A DNA stretch of 46,007 nucleotides from an uncultured Gemmatimonadota bacterium. GTDB lineage: Bacteria > Blakebacterota > Blakebacteria > Blakebacterales > Blakebacteraceae. How positions within the stretch are numbered: the first letter of the stretch is position 1; the number at the start of each line of letters is the position of its first letter. The notes beneath the pieces were generated by a model. It saw nothing but the letters and a program-made list of their open reading frames with translations, did no database searches and had not been told where the DNA came from. Made by a program: the position numbers and the translations under genes. The stretch lies in the NCBI GenBank assembly GCA_964576115.1, contig CAZNUA010000028.1, positions 1 to 46,007 on the forward strand, read 5' to 3'. This document shows positions 19,010 to 28,039 of the stretch, piece by piece.

Positions 19010-20042
19010 CCTCACGCTGATATGTGCCTCCCACCGGCCGGTTGACGAGCCGACCGTTCACCACCAGGGTACTGCTCCCTCCCCCGTCGAGGTTCAGAGC
19101 CTCGACACAGCCGACCGCGTGCATCAGAGCTGCCAGTTCCTCGAGATCCACGCCCCGGCTGGCCGCCTGACGTCCGTCCACGACCATGAGCACCAGGTCA
19201 CCGTGGCGGGTGACGCCGGCGGCGGTCCGGGGATGAGTCTGAGGAATGGAAGAGGCGAAAAAGACCTCTTCGTCGACCGTGATATCGATCCGGCCGTCGC
19301 CGATGAGGGCCGGACCCGCCGCCAGAGCGTCGCCGACCGGCCAGGGGCGTGCCCGCGAGAAATCGGGGCGGGGAGCGGGCTGGTTCTCGCGATTCGCCGG
19401 CGGTCGGACAATCGTGAACAGACTGTCGTTACGGGTGACCGACCAGGCCACGTCGGGCCGTCCCGCAGGGGTGATCCCCAGGGCGGCCCGGGCCGTATAG
19501 TACCGTACCTCGCCCCGCCTGAGGGTTTCGAAGGCGGTCTCGATCATGCGCCCGTCGTCATAGAGCAGGCCGACATGCCGGGCGGGAACGAGATCCATGC
19601 GGAAATACCCGCCGTTGACGGCGACGACCGCTCCCAGCCGGGCGGCGAAATCGCCCACGCTTTCGCGGCCGTCTTCATCGGCGGAACCGACGATATCGAT
19701 CCGCAGTTCGGGGCCGGGGCGAACCCGGACGTACCAGGCGCGCAACGGCAGATCATCGTGTCGGGCGGCAAAGACCCGGATTGCCCGCGGCAACCCGGCA
19801 TTGATCTCTGCGACCGGTTCCCAGTCGAGCGCGAGCACCGTCCCGGAACGTTCCCGGCTGCAGGAGGACAGGAGCAGACCGAGGATCATGAGCAGACCGA
19901 GAGGTACGAGCAGACCGGGAGGCGCGAGCAGACCGGGAGGCATGAGCAGACCGGGAGGCGTCAGCGGACCTTGCGCCGCGATCGGGACGGTCGGAGCCGT
20001 CGCCCCCTCCCGGCAATCGCGGCGGCCCGACCCGCCGGTCAC
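18951..20042 (-). CDS. Phosphodiester glycosidase (NAGPA/DUF2233) family lipoprotein (start uncertain)
   Basis: AVNGGYF, HPRTAAG, VVDGRQ, ALNLDGGGSSTL; lipobox LSSC. Confidence 0.85.
   Translation of the reverse strand: MTGGSGRRDCREGATAPTVPIAAQGPLTPPGLLMPPGLLAPPGLLVPLGLLMILGLLLSSCSRERSGTVLALDWEPVAEINAGLPRAIRVFAARHDDLPLRAWYVRVRPGPELRIDIVGSADEDGRESVGDFAARLGAVVAVNGGYFRMDLVPARHVGLLYDDGRMIETAFETLRRGEVRYYTARAALGITPAGRPDVAWSVTRNDSLFTIVRPPANRENQPAPRPDFSRARPWPVGDALAAGPALIGDGRIDITVDEEVFFASSIPQTHPRTAAGVTRHGDLVLMVVDGRQAASRGVDLEELAALMHAVGCVEALNLDGGGSSTLVVNGRLVNRPVGGTYQREVMSAVVIVPVSRPGPQPGL
19873..19970. repeat. 18-bp in-frame tandem repeat, about 5 copies (xPPGLL)
   Basis: Units gagcagaccgRgaggNNN encoding TPPGLL MPPGLL APPGLL VPLGLL MILGLL. 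Confidence 0.9.
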
Positions 20043-20065
20043 ACCCTCTGCCGCTCGCGACCTTT

Positions 20066-20830
20066 TCAACCGGCCAGTCCTCCTCCGTCGACCACCAGAG
20101 TTGTTCCGGTCACCCAGGCGGACGATTCCGTGACGAGATAGAGAACCGCTGCAGCGACATCGTCGGGGGTTCCGGCCCGTCCGAGAGGCCGCCGGGCTGC
20201 GGCGGCGGTGAAATCGGCGACCGGCACTCCCAATTGACGCGCCTCTTCGGCGAGCATGCCGGTGTCGGTGTCGCCGGGACACACGCAGTTGACCCGTATC
20301 CCCTCGGGGCCGTGATCGATCGCCATGGCCCGGGTGAGCTGGACGACCCCACCTTTCGAGGCACAGTACGCCGCCGCCCGGGGACCCCCCACCAGCCCCC
20401 AGCCCGACGCGATATTCACGATCGCCCCGCCGCCGGCGGCCGCCATGACGGGAATCGCCTCACGACAGATGAGAAAAACCGATCGCAGGTTGACCGCCAG
20501 GCTCCGGTCCCATTCCTCCTCGCTGAGTTCGGTCACAGCCGCCCGGCGGATGATTCCGGCGTTGTTCACCACAATGTCGAGACCCCTGAACCGGGACACG
20601 ATGTCCTCGACGGCGGCCCGGCAATCCTCGGCCAGGGCGACGTCGGCTGTTACAGCGATGACTTCGTGCCCCGCATCGACCAGCGCCGCCGCCTCACGTT
20701 CGGCGGTCTCGCGGTCGATATCGACGACGGCCACGGAGGCTCCCTCACCCGCCAGGAGCCGGACGATCGCCCGGCCGATACCCGCCCCCGCCCCGGTAAC
20801 CAGAGCCCGCCTGCCGTCGAGCTGCCCCAT
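20066..20830 (-). CDS. SDR-family oxidoreductase
   Basis: TGAGAGIG, NNAG, YCASK, VNCVCPG. Confidence 0.93.
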   Translation of the reverse strand: MGQLDGRRALVTGAGAGIGRAIVRLLAGEGASVAVVDIDRETAEREAAALVDAGHEVIAVTADVALAEDCRAAVEDIVSRFRGLDIVVNNAGIIRRAAVTELSEEEWDRSLAVNLRSVFLICREAIPVMAAAGGGAIVNIASGWGLVGGPRAAAYCASKGGVVQLTRAMAIDHGPEGIRVNCVCPGDTDTGMLAEEARQLGVPVADFTAAAARRPLGRAGTPDDVAAAVLYLVTESSAWVTGTTLVVDGGGLAG

Positions 20831-20853
20831 GGAATGCTCCTTCCCGGCTGCAA

Positions 20854-21621
20854 TCAATCGTGCTGCATGACGAAGAAGACCTCGCCGTACCAGTCGGAGA
20901 ACTCGCGATAGAGATCGATCTCGTACTGATCGGCGTCGATCACCTCGAGCGCCTCGGGATCGTCGGCATACCTGCTCCGCATCTCCGCCAGCCGGGCCTC
21001 GAGCGGACGATAGTAGTCATCCCACCAGGCATCTTCGGGCAGGGTGAAATACCCGATCCGGCGGTATCCGGCGGCATCGATCAGGGCGATATTGGCGGCG
21101 ATCGTGGTCAGGGCCGGGTACTCCCGGTTCCAGTGCTCCCGAAGTTCCCGCGGCGGATCGGTTCTCAGCCAGGACAACTCGCTCACGGCCAGGTATCCGC
21201 CCGGTCGCAGCCACTCTCGCCACTCGCGCAATCCGCGCTCGAAACCGATCACGTAGATCGAACCTTCGGCCCAGATGACATCGAAGCTCCCCTCGGGCCA
21301 GGGCAGGGCGAACATCGATCCCTCGACCGCTTCGACCCGCTCTTCGAGTCCGGCCCCGGCGATCTTTTGCTGCAGTTCTTCGATATACGGAGGATTGTTA
21401 TCCAATCCGATCACATGACCGGAGCTCAGCCGGGCCAGTTCGATGGTCTGCACCCCCGGGCCGCAACCGATATCGAGAATGCGGGGTTGCGTCAGAGGTC
21501 CGAGCATTTCCCAGGCCCGTCGGGTATGTTCGTTTCCTCCGGCCCCCTCGCGTGGAAGCCCGGTGTGAATCTCGTAGAAGATGTTCTCCCGGTGAGTGCG
21601 CCCGCTCTCGCTCCCGCTCAC
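20854..21621 (-). CDS. Class I SAM-dependent methyltransferase
   Basis: ILDIGCGPG, FDVIWAEG, LRPGG. Confidence 0.9.
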   Translation of the reverse strand: MSGSESGRTHRENIFYEIHTGLPREGAGGNEHTRRAWEMLGPLTQPRILDIGCGPGVQTIELARLSSGHVIGLDNNPPYIEELQQKIAGAGLEERVEAVEGSMFALPWPEGSFDVIWAEGSIYVIGFERGLREWREWLRPGGYLAVSELSWLRTDPPRELREHWNREYPALTTIAANIALIDAAGYRRIGYFTLPEDAWWDDYYRPLEARLAEMRSRYADDPEALEVIDADQYEIDLYREFSDWYGEVFFVMQHD

Positions 21622-21775
21622 GGTTCAGCCTCCTCTCCGATCCCTGACCGGCAGCGCTGGTCCCAAACCGGCAGCGCGCCCCTTCTTTCCGGCCCGATCC
21701 TGTGCCGAGCATGGCATACTATCCTGACGAGGTCACGCGATTCCTTGCCGACAACCCGGGTGGCGATTGTCATTT

Positions 21776-22609
21776 TCAGTCGGACAGAGCGACCCTTTCC
21801 CCGTCACGGACGATGAAGCCTTCGGATTCGAGCCCGTCGAGAATTCCCTCGATCCGGTCCGATCCGGCGCCGGTCACACCGGCGAGCGAAGCGGACGGGA
21901 GCGTCCCCTTCCCGATCAGATGGCGCAGGATCTCGCCCCGCAGCTGGCGGTCGGAACCGGCGAAGGGAGACTGGCGGGTATAGTGGGCGCTGCGCCGGTT
22001 GGGATCGCCCTGCCATCCTTGCTCGCTCCCCAGACGGCTGCCGTAGTCCATCAGAGCGGCGTACCAGCCGCGGGGATCGCGACGATCGAGAGTGCGTTCG
22101 ATCAGCGGCAGCAGGTCGCGGTCGGGGACCGGGTCCGAACCGGGGAAAAAGTGCTGGATGAAAACCCGCCGGATATTGGTCTCGATGAATACTGTCGGCC
22201 GGTTGAAGGCAAAGGCCAGCACCCCCCCGGCAGTCGACGGCCCCACACCCGGCAGGGCCAGCAGGGCCGTTCTGTCTTCCGGCACGCGACCCTCGTGTTC
22301 GGCGACGATACGGCGAGCCGATTCCCGCAGGTTGATCGCCCGCCGGTTGTAGCCCAGTCCCTGCCAGACCTCCAGAACCCGGTCGAGCGGGGCTGAAGCC
22401 AGAGACGCCGGATCGGGAAAGCGGTCGAGAAAGGCTCTGTATTTCTTCTCGACCCGGGCGACACCGGTCTGCTGGAGCATGAATTCGGAGACCAGAATCG
22501 CCCAGGGATCGGCCGTGCGCCGCCACGGCAGGTCGCGGCCGGCCCGCCCTGCCTCCCGGCGTACCAGACGCCGGAAAGCGGCGACACCTGAAGCCGTCAG
22601 CTCAGGCAT
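21776..22609 (-). CDS. mutY: Short MutY-like HhH-GPD adenine glycosylase
   Basis: RDLPWR, VSEFMLQQT, WQGLGYNRRA, LPGVG HhH motif. Confidence 0.75.
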   Translation of the reverse strand: MPELTASGVAAFRRLVRREAGRAGRDLPWRRTADPWAILVSEFMLQQTGVARVEKKYRAFLDRFPDPASLASAPLDRVLEVWQGLGYNRRAINLRESARRIVAEHEGRVPEDRTALLALPGVGPSTAGGVLAFAFNRPTVFIETNIRRVFIQHFFPGSDPVPDRDLLPLIERTLDRRDPRGWYAALMDYGSRLGSEQGWQGDPNRRSAHYTRQSPFAGSDRQLRGEILRHLIGKGTLPSASLAGVTGAGSDRIEGILDGLESEGFIVRDGERVALSD

Positions 22610-22661
22610 GCGCCAGGTACGCCCGGAGGTGTCCGATCCCTTTTCCCTCGAGCCGGCCGGT

Positions 22662-25544
22662 CTATTTCTCCCACGCCTGGATGCCGTTGATCATCCAGTC
22701 GGGCGCCGGGGCGCCCTTGAGGTAGTGGTCGAAGAACTCCTGCATGCGGATGGTGTAGTCCTTCTGGTTCACCCGCTGGCGCAGGCCATGATCTTCGCCG
22801 TTGTAGTTGAACATCCAGGCCGGCTTGCTTAGCCGTCGCAGGGTCATGATGAATTCAATCCCCTGGTACCACGGCACGGCCCCGTCCTCGTCGTTGTGCA
22901 GGATCAGACAGGGAGTGGTGACCCTGTCGGCGAAGAAGATCGGCGAGTTCTCGATGTAGCGCATCATCCCGCCGTTCCACAGGTTTCGGCCCAGACGGCT
23001 CTGGGTGTGCTCATACTGGAACTGGCGCACCATCCCGCTCCCCCATCGGATCCCGCCGTAGGCGCTTGTCATGTTCGAAACCGGCGCGCCCGACTCGATG
23101 GCGGCAAAGATGTCGGTCTGGGTGATCATGTAGGCGCCCTGGTAGCCGCCCCACGAGTGCCCCTGCAGGCCGACCCGCTCCGGATCCACGAACCCGAGCG
23201 AGATGATCTTCTCCACGCTCGGCACCACGCAGTCGACCGCATCACGCCCCGGGTGCCCTGTGCCGTAGTAGATGTCGGGCTGCCAGATGACGTAGCCGTT
23301 CGAGACGTAGTAGGAGAGGTTGATCGAGGTGCCCGGTGAGGGGGCGCGGAAGCGGTGCAAACCGCTGGTCAGCTTCTCATAGATGTAGACCAGCATGGGG
23401 TATTTCTTCGCCGGGTCGAAGTTCTCCGGCTTGATCAGAATCCCCTGGTACTCGGCTCCCCAGGCGTTGACATAGGGCACGAGTTCGGCCTGACCCCAGA
23501 CGAACTCGTCCCGCTGGGCACCCACCGCGGAGATCTTCTGCCAGTCCTCGAAGCTCATGTCGGTGATCCAGAGATCGGGGAACTCGTAGAACGACTGCCG
23601 GGTTGTCAGGATGGTATCGGTATCCTCGGCCTTCTGCGGCGATCCGAAACTGTAGTCATCCATATGCAGCTGCTGCGGCTCGCGGCTGCCGGCCACCCGG
23701 TCGCGGTAGACACCCGAAGCCATCGTCCCGGTGTCGGTGGCCGAGAGCAGGAGCCACTGGTTCGGAGTGATGGTGCGTTCCTCGGGGTCCATCCGCCGGT
23801 AGCGGAAGGAAATGCCGTTGGTGCGGCCGTACCCTTCTGTGATGCAGCGTGCGCCGGTACCGTCGGGGTTGAGTTCCCAGATGTCGAACTCGTCGTAGAC
23901 CAGCACCTTCTCCTCGTCATCGGTCCAGCCGGCCAGGCCGTAGGAGCCCATCGGCTGGGGCCGGTCGTCGGTGGCGCGCCAGACCGGGACCGGCAGGTCG
24001 TAGGTCAGGTTGGCCCTGACGCCGGTGGCGACATTGTAGACATGCCAGTGCCGGTCGGTGCCCCACCAGTACACATACCCGGCCAGGGGGGAGAGGCTGA
24101 TCCGGCTGTAGCTCTCCTCCACGATCAAGGTGCGATCGCCCGTCATGGGATCGACCAGGTAGAAATCGTAGTAGGCCGAATCGTAGGAGATGCGCGGGCG
24201 GTAGGGTTTGTCGGTCTGCCCGTAGGCGATCTCGCCGCTCCAGTGCAGGCTCACGTCCTCGAGTTCCTCGTCGGCCAACTGTACGAAGCGCCCCGAATCG
24301 AGGTGGTAGACCGACTCCATGGTCTGGTTGCGAACTCGGTCGGCCATGATCTTCTGCTGCGGATAGGGATAGGGATCGTTCCAGCTCCACAGTTCGAACT
24401 CGGCGACCTCTTCCTCCTCTTCCGCTTCGGCCCCCTCTTCATCCTCTTCCGGCTCGGGTTCGGGGATGTCCTTGATCCCGAAGAGAACGATCGAGCCGTC
24501 CTCGCAGAAGCTGGGCCGGGTCAGATCGCTGACGCTCATGCCGTCGGGGAACCCGGACGTCGACGTATGCGAGACCCACAGTTCGGCCGCCGGCTGACCG
24601 GCCCGCCAGCCATAGAGGTTCCAGGTGACCGGGTTGTCATCGAAGGCGTCGCGGTCGGTCAGGAAGGCCATGACCGACTCGTCTTCGTTCAGCACCCAGC
24701 TCTTGTAGGTGCCCTGGCCCGTGATCAGCGGCTGGCTTGCGGCCTGGCCGGGAACCAGGGTGTAGACGCCGTCTCGGCTCGAATCGGCTTCGCACGAGAC
24801 GATGTAGAGCAGGTACTCCGCTTCTTCGGTGAAGCGGTAGTCGAGCACGGAATCCAGCGAAGTCTCGCTGCCGTCACCCAGGGAACGCAGCACCAGTTCG
24901 GTTCCGAACTCCTTGTCGCGGCCGTTCCCCCCGCTCTCTCCGCCCCCGCCGGGACGACGCTGGCCGCCGGGACGGCGGCGGGCCCCCGCCGGACGGGCGG
25001 TCGGCTCACCGGTTTCTTCTTCCGCCTCGCCAGCCTCTTCCTCGGGAGTGGGTTCCTCGGCCTTGAGGTAGGCCAGCCAACTTCCGGCTTCCTCGGGGAG
25101 ATTGAAATTCTGCACCCGCTCGATCGACGTCACCGAGACATCGGAGAGATCGACGATCGTGAGGACGGGCTGAGGCAGATCGCCTCCCCTTTTACCCGCG
25201 TCACGGGCCGCCTCGGTCGAGTCTTCGGGCGGCGTGACCAGCAGAACGAGGAACCGGCTGTCCCGGGTGAACTGCGCCCGGGTGCCGCGCTCGTAGCGGA
25301 CCTCGGTACCGCCGCGCACATTGCGCAGCACCAGCTCGCCATCACCGTCCTGCGGCTGGATCTGGTAAGAAACCCAGCGGCCGTCGGGGGAAATCTGCTG
25401 GCTCCGGATGGATTTCCAGGAATCGTAGTCGTCGTGCGTGAGCGGTCGCTTCTCCTGCTGTGCAGCAGCCAGAGCCGGGAGCAACAGAATCAGAACCGCA
25501 GCGAGTGCGACGGGAGAATGGCGCCTCATGTCGGATACCCTCAC
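22662..25544 (-). CDS. Secreted S9 prolyl oligopeptidase/acylaminoacyl-peptidase family protein
   Basis: Signal peptide, propeller region, GHSWGG nucleophile, DGAV and EDHG triad residues. Confidence 0.92.
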   Translation of the reverse strand: MRVSDMRRHSPVALAAVLILLLPALAAAQQEKRPLTHDDYDSWKSIRSQQISPDGRWVSYQIQPQDGDGELVLRNVRGGTEVRYERGTRAQFTRDSRFLVLLVTPPEDSTEAARDAGKRGGDLPQPVLTIVDLSDVSVTSIERVQNFNLPEEAGSWLAYLKAEEPTPEEEAGEAEEETGEPTARPAGARRRPGGQRRPGGGGESGGNGRDKEFGTELVLRSLGDGSETSLDSVLDYRFTEEAEYLLYIVSCEADSSRDGVYTLVPGQAASQPLITGQGTYKSWVLNEDESVMAFLTDRDAFDDNPVTWNLYGWRAGQPAAELWVSHTSTSGFPDGMSVSDLTRPSFCEDGSIVLFGIKDIPEPEPEEDEEGAEAEEEEEVAEFELWSWNDPYPYPQQKIMADRVRNQTMESVYHLDSGRFVQLADEELEDVSLHWSGEIAYGQTDKPYRPRISYDSAYYDFYLVDPMTGDRTLIVEESYSRISLSPLAGYVYWWGTDRHWHVYNVATGVRANLTYDLPVPVWRATDDRPQPMGSYGLAGWTDDEEKVLVYDEFDIWELNPDGTGARCITEGYGRTNGISFRYRRMDPEERTITPNQWLLLSATDTGTMASGVYRDRVAGSREPQQLHMDDYSFGSPQKAEDTDTILTTRQSFYEFPDLWITDMSFEDWQKISAVGAQRDEFVWGQAELVPYVNAWGAEYQGILIKPENFDPAKKYPMLVYIYEKLTSGLHRFRAPSPGTSINLSYYVSNGYVIWQPDIYYGTGHPGRDAVDCVVPSVEKIISLGFVDPERVGLQGHSWGGYQGAYMITQTDIFAAIESGAPVSNMTSAYGGIRWGSGMVRQFQYEHTQSRLGRNLWNGGMMRYIENSPIFFADRVTTPCLILHNDEDGAVPWYQGIEFIMTLRRLSKPAWMFNYNGEDHGLRQRVNQKDYTIRMQEFFDHYLKGAPAPDWMINGIQAWEK

Positions 25545-25616
25545 AGGCTGGATGGATGTTGGATGCTGATCCGCAGACTAGTGCCGATCGTGTCCGGGGG
25601 CAAGGATGCCTTAAGG

Positions 25617-25651
25617 AAAAGCCCCCGCCCGGATTTTTCCGGACAGGGGCT
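25617..25651 (-). terminator. Rho-independent terminator after the 25678-26625 gene
   Basis: Minus strand AGCCCCTGTCCGGA-AAAA-TCCGGGCGGGGGCT followed by TTT. Confidence 0.7.
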
Positions 25652-25677
25652 CCTGTTATTGGCCTATGCGACGCGAT

Positions 25678-26625
25678 CTACCTGATCAGCGTCATCTTCT
25701 TCAGAATGCTGCCCTCGTTCGTCTCCAGGAGGTAGAGGTAGACCCCGGATGACACATCCTGACCACTCTCGTTCTTCCCATCCCAGGTCACCGTGTACCA
25801 GCCTGCCTGCTTCTCTTCGTCCACCAGCGTTCTGACTGTCTGGCCCCTGATGTTCATGATTCGCAGATTGACTCGAGAAGATATCGGCAATCCGTACCGA
25901 ACGGTTGTAGTCGGATTGAAGGGATTGGGGTAGTTCTGGTCGAGGGTTAGTTCTTTTGGAAGTGCGACAATGTTACTATAAGGATCAGAAACAGCAATGC
26001 CAATTTTCCAGGCAAGAAGAAAGTCGGCACCATAGGGCAATATTATTAGTTGTTCCTCATAAATATTACATCTTTCTAGTTCAACACATAACTCTGACAA
26101 TACAGCATTTATTGCATAATTTATATCATAGGTTGGTATTGTCATTTTAACAACAATATTATCATAACAATGGTTATTAATCATGTAAACACTGTTCATA
26201 CTGTTCATATGTGCTGATAATATTCCACCCTCTACTGGAATATTATTGTAGTATTGTTGGAATCTTATATGAATGCCATGTAGTTTATATATATTACATA
26301 TTCTTATGTCGTAATTAGTCTCCTTTACCTTTAGCATATTACGGTTTTCCGAAACAAATTGCCGTGCAACCATGACCGGATTACTAATCCTATAATTGAT
26401 TGGACTTCCATAAATATATCTCACACCACCTGTATCACTATCCCATCTTACCCTCCAATCAGGGTAATTAGCCTTGAACGCGTTCCAAGCAAATAATTGT
26501 TCTTCAACGACTTGTATTGATGGAGGTTCTGGAAACGATATTTGTCTTGTATGTTGCCCATTACATATGCTTGGAATTAGATTGAAGATAAATGCTGTAA
26601 CTATAAGTAATAATGACTTGTACAT
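25678..26625 (-). CDS. Secreted protein: M4/M36-type propeptide (FTP plus partial PepSY) fused to a FlgD-Ig/C-terminal sorting-like domain, with no catalytic domain
   Basis: Signal peptide, HIRFQQYYNNIPVEGG, LAWKI, then directly LDQNYPNPFNPTT...WDGKNESGQDVSSGVYLY. Confidence 0.7.
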   Translation of the reverse strand: MYKSLLLIVTAFIFNLIPSICNGQHTRQISFPEPPSIQVVEEQLFAWNAFKANYPDWRVRWDSDTGGVRYIYGSPINYRISNPVMVARQFVSENRNMLKVKETNYDIRICNIYKLHGIHIRFQQYYNNIPVEGGILSAHMNSMNSVYMINNHCYDNIVVKMTIPTYDINYAINAVLSELCVELERCNIYEEQLIILPYGADFLLAWKIGIAVSDPYSNIVALPKELTLDQNYPNPFNPTTTVRYGLPISSRVNLRIMNIRGQTVRTLVDEEKQAGWYTVTWDGKNESGQDVSSGVYLYLLETNEGSILKKMTLIR

Positions 26626-28025
26626 GACAGCACCTACTTGCTATGAAACTATTAACATTAGTATTCACTCATTATTGTGACACCAACATTACATTGAGTC
26701 AGCTTATTTCTGGGGTCTCCACTCGGAATCATAGTAGTTACCCTGCCCTCCAGCTATCTGATGCATATTTGTGCCATCTCTATTTATCACATACATATAT
26801 CCACCATGAAAATATGACCCAGCTATGAAAACAATTTTGCTTCCATCAGGAGACCAAGAAAGGTTTGTGATTACAATATCGTTGTTTGTAATATTCGTAA
26901 CATCGGAGCCGTCATAATTCATAAGATAAATATTAAACGTGTACTCATTTGTCTTTCCTATAAAGGCAAATTTATTGGCGCGCTCAGAATAACGATAAAA
27001 TGTGCCGATAAAAGTGCTGTCGCAATTTATAATAGAGCGCCTAGTGTGATTCGATAAATAATACTCATAACAATCAATGTATGTATCAAAAGAATGATCT
27101 GGTGAATACTCTGAACTCAGAATAATACTACTATCACACCAATCCCATGGTACGTTATAGTATGGATTGTCTGTTATTTGGACTTCCTGAAATCCCTCAG
27201 ATGTATCAATACTTGTAATGAATATATCGTATTTCAAAAGACCCCACTCCAATCCAAAACCCCTTTGAAATGCTATCTGTTTACTATCAGGAGACCAGAC
27301 AGGATGAGTTCCCCCATCAGGATGGGGCCCTAGAATCCCTTGATCCTCCTTGAGGGTAATGATTCGTTGGTTCTCTCCTTTATCATCTGCAATGAGAATT
27401 TGAGAGCACATACCATCAACACGCGAAAAAGCTATCAATTTTCCATCGGGAGACCAGCGAAGGGGTCCATGCCCATCGAGAATCTTGCGATGGTCCTTTG
27501 TTTGCATGTCATAGACCATAATCGCACTACCGACAACATAAGCTATCTCATCATGCTGTTCCTCTCGTTGGGATGAAACAAGACCACACGAACATGTGAG
27601 AGTAGCGTGTACAATTAGTGTGATACACAGTGTTGATTGATGCAATAAACCGAGTATGGTCTTTAGTGTATTCACGATATTTCTTCAACACAACAGCAGA
27701 CGCTTGAATGCTTCACGTTGTCGCAATGTTCTCGTCTTGAATTGCTGTTTCTTTAATAATCGGAACCGCGGGGCTTTTATGTATCCTAAAATCTTAAGCC
27801 CACTTCAGGCTGCGTTGAGTCTATATGGATAGTCTGTAGCCAGTCAAATATAAAATAGGGAGGAACCTATATGACACTTTCACCACAACAAGATTCTTTC
27901 CTCTGGTGATATCGCTACTGAAAATATAAATCTCCTTTATCCTCACCCCTCCTGGAACAGCACCGCCAGACGGGAGACCAGTTATGTCGTCACTTGTTCT
28001 GCTCTATAAAACCTCTTCATCCCTA
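25960..28025. other. AT-rich horizontally acquired islet
   Basis: Abrupt visual drop in GC and A/T-ending codons relative to the GC-rich flanks; no integrase or transposase seen. Confidence 0.8.
26704..27675 (-). CDS. TolB-like (PD40) beta-propeller protein, probable lipoprotein
   Basis: Repeated WSPDG..IAF motifs; N-terminal hydrophobic segment ending CSC. Confidence 0.8.
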   Translation of the reverse strand: MNTLKTILGLLHQSTLCITLIVHATLTCSCGLVSSQREEQHDEIAYVVGSAIMVYDMQTKDHRKILDGHGPLRWSPDGKLIAFSRVDGMCSQILIADDKGENQRIITLKEDQGILGPHPDGGTHPVWSPDSKQIAFQRGFGLEWGLLKYDIFITSIDTSEGFQEVQITDNPYYNVPWDWCDSSIILSSEYSPDHSFDTYIDCYEYYLSNHTRRSIINCDSTFIGTFYRYSERANKFAFIGKTNEYTFNIYLMNYDGSDVTNITNNDIVITNLSWSPDGSKIVFIAGSYFHGGYMYVINRDGTNMHQIAGGQGNYYDSEWRPQK

Positions 28026-28039
28026 TCAGCGGCCGAGCC

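Noticed and set aside
5404-25685. Long antisense or alternative-frame ORFs (5404-7719, 11865-13532, 17021-18991, 23355-25685 and others)
   Set aside because: Typical stop-poor shadow frames of GC-rich genes, with no recognisable motifs.
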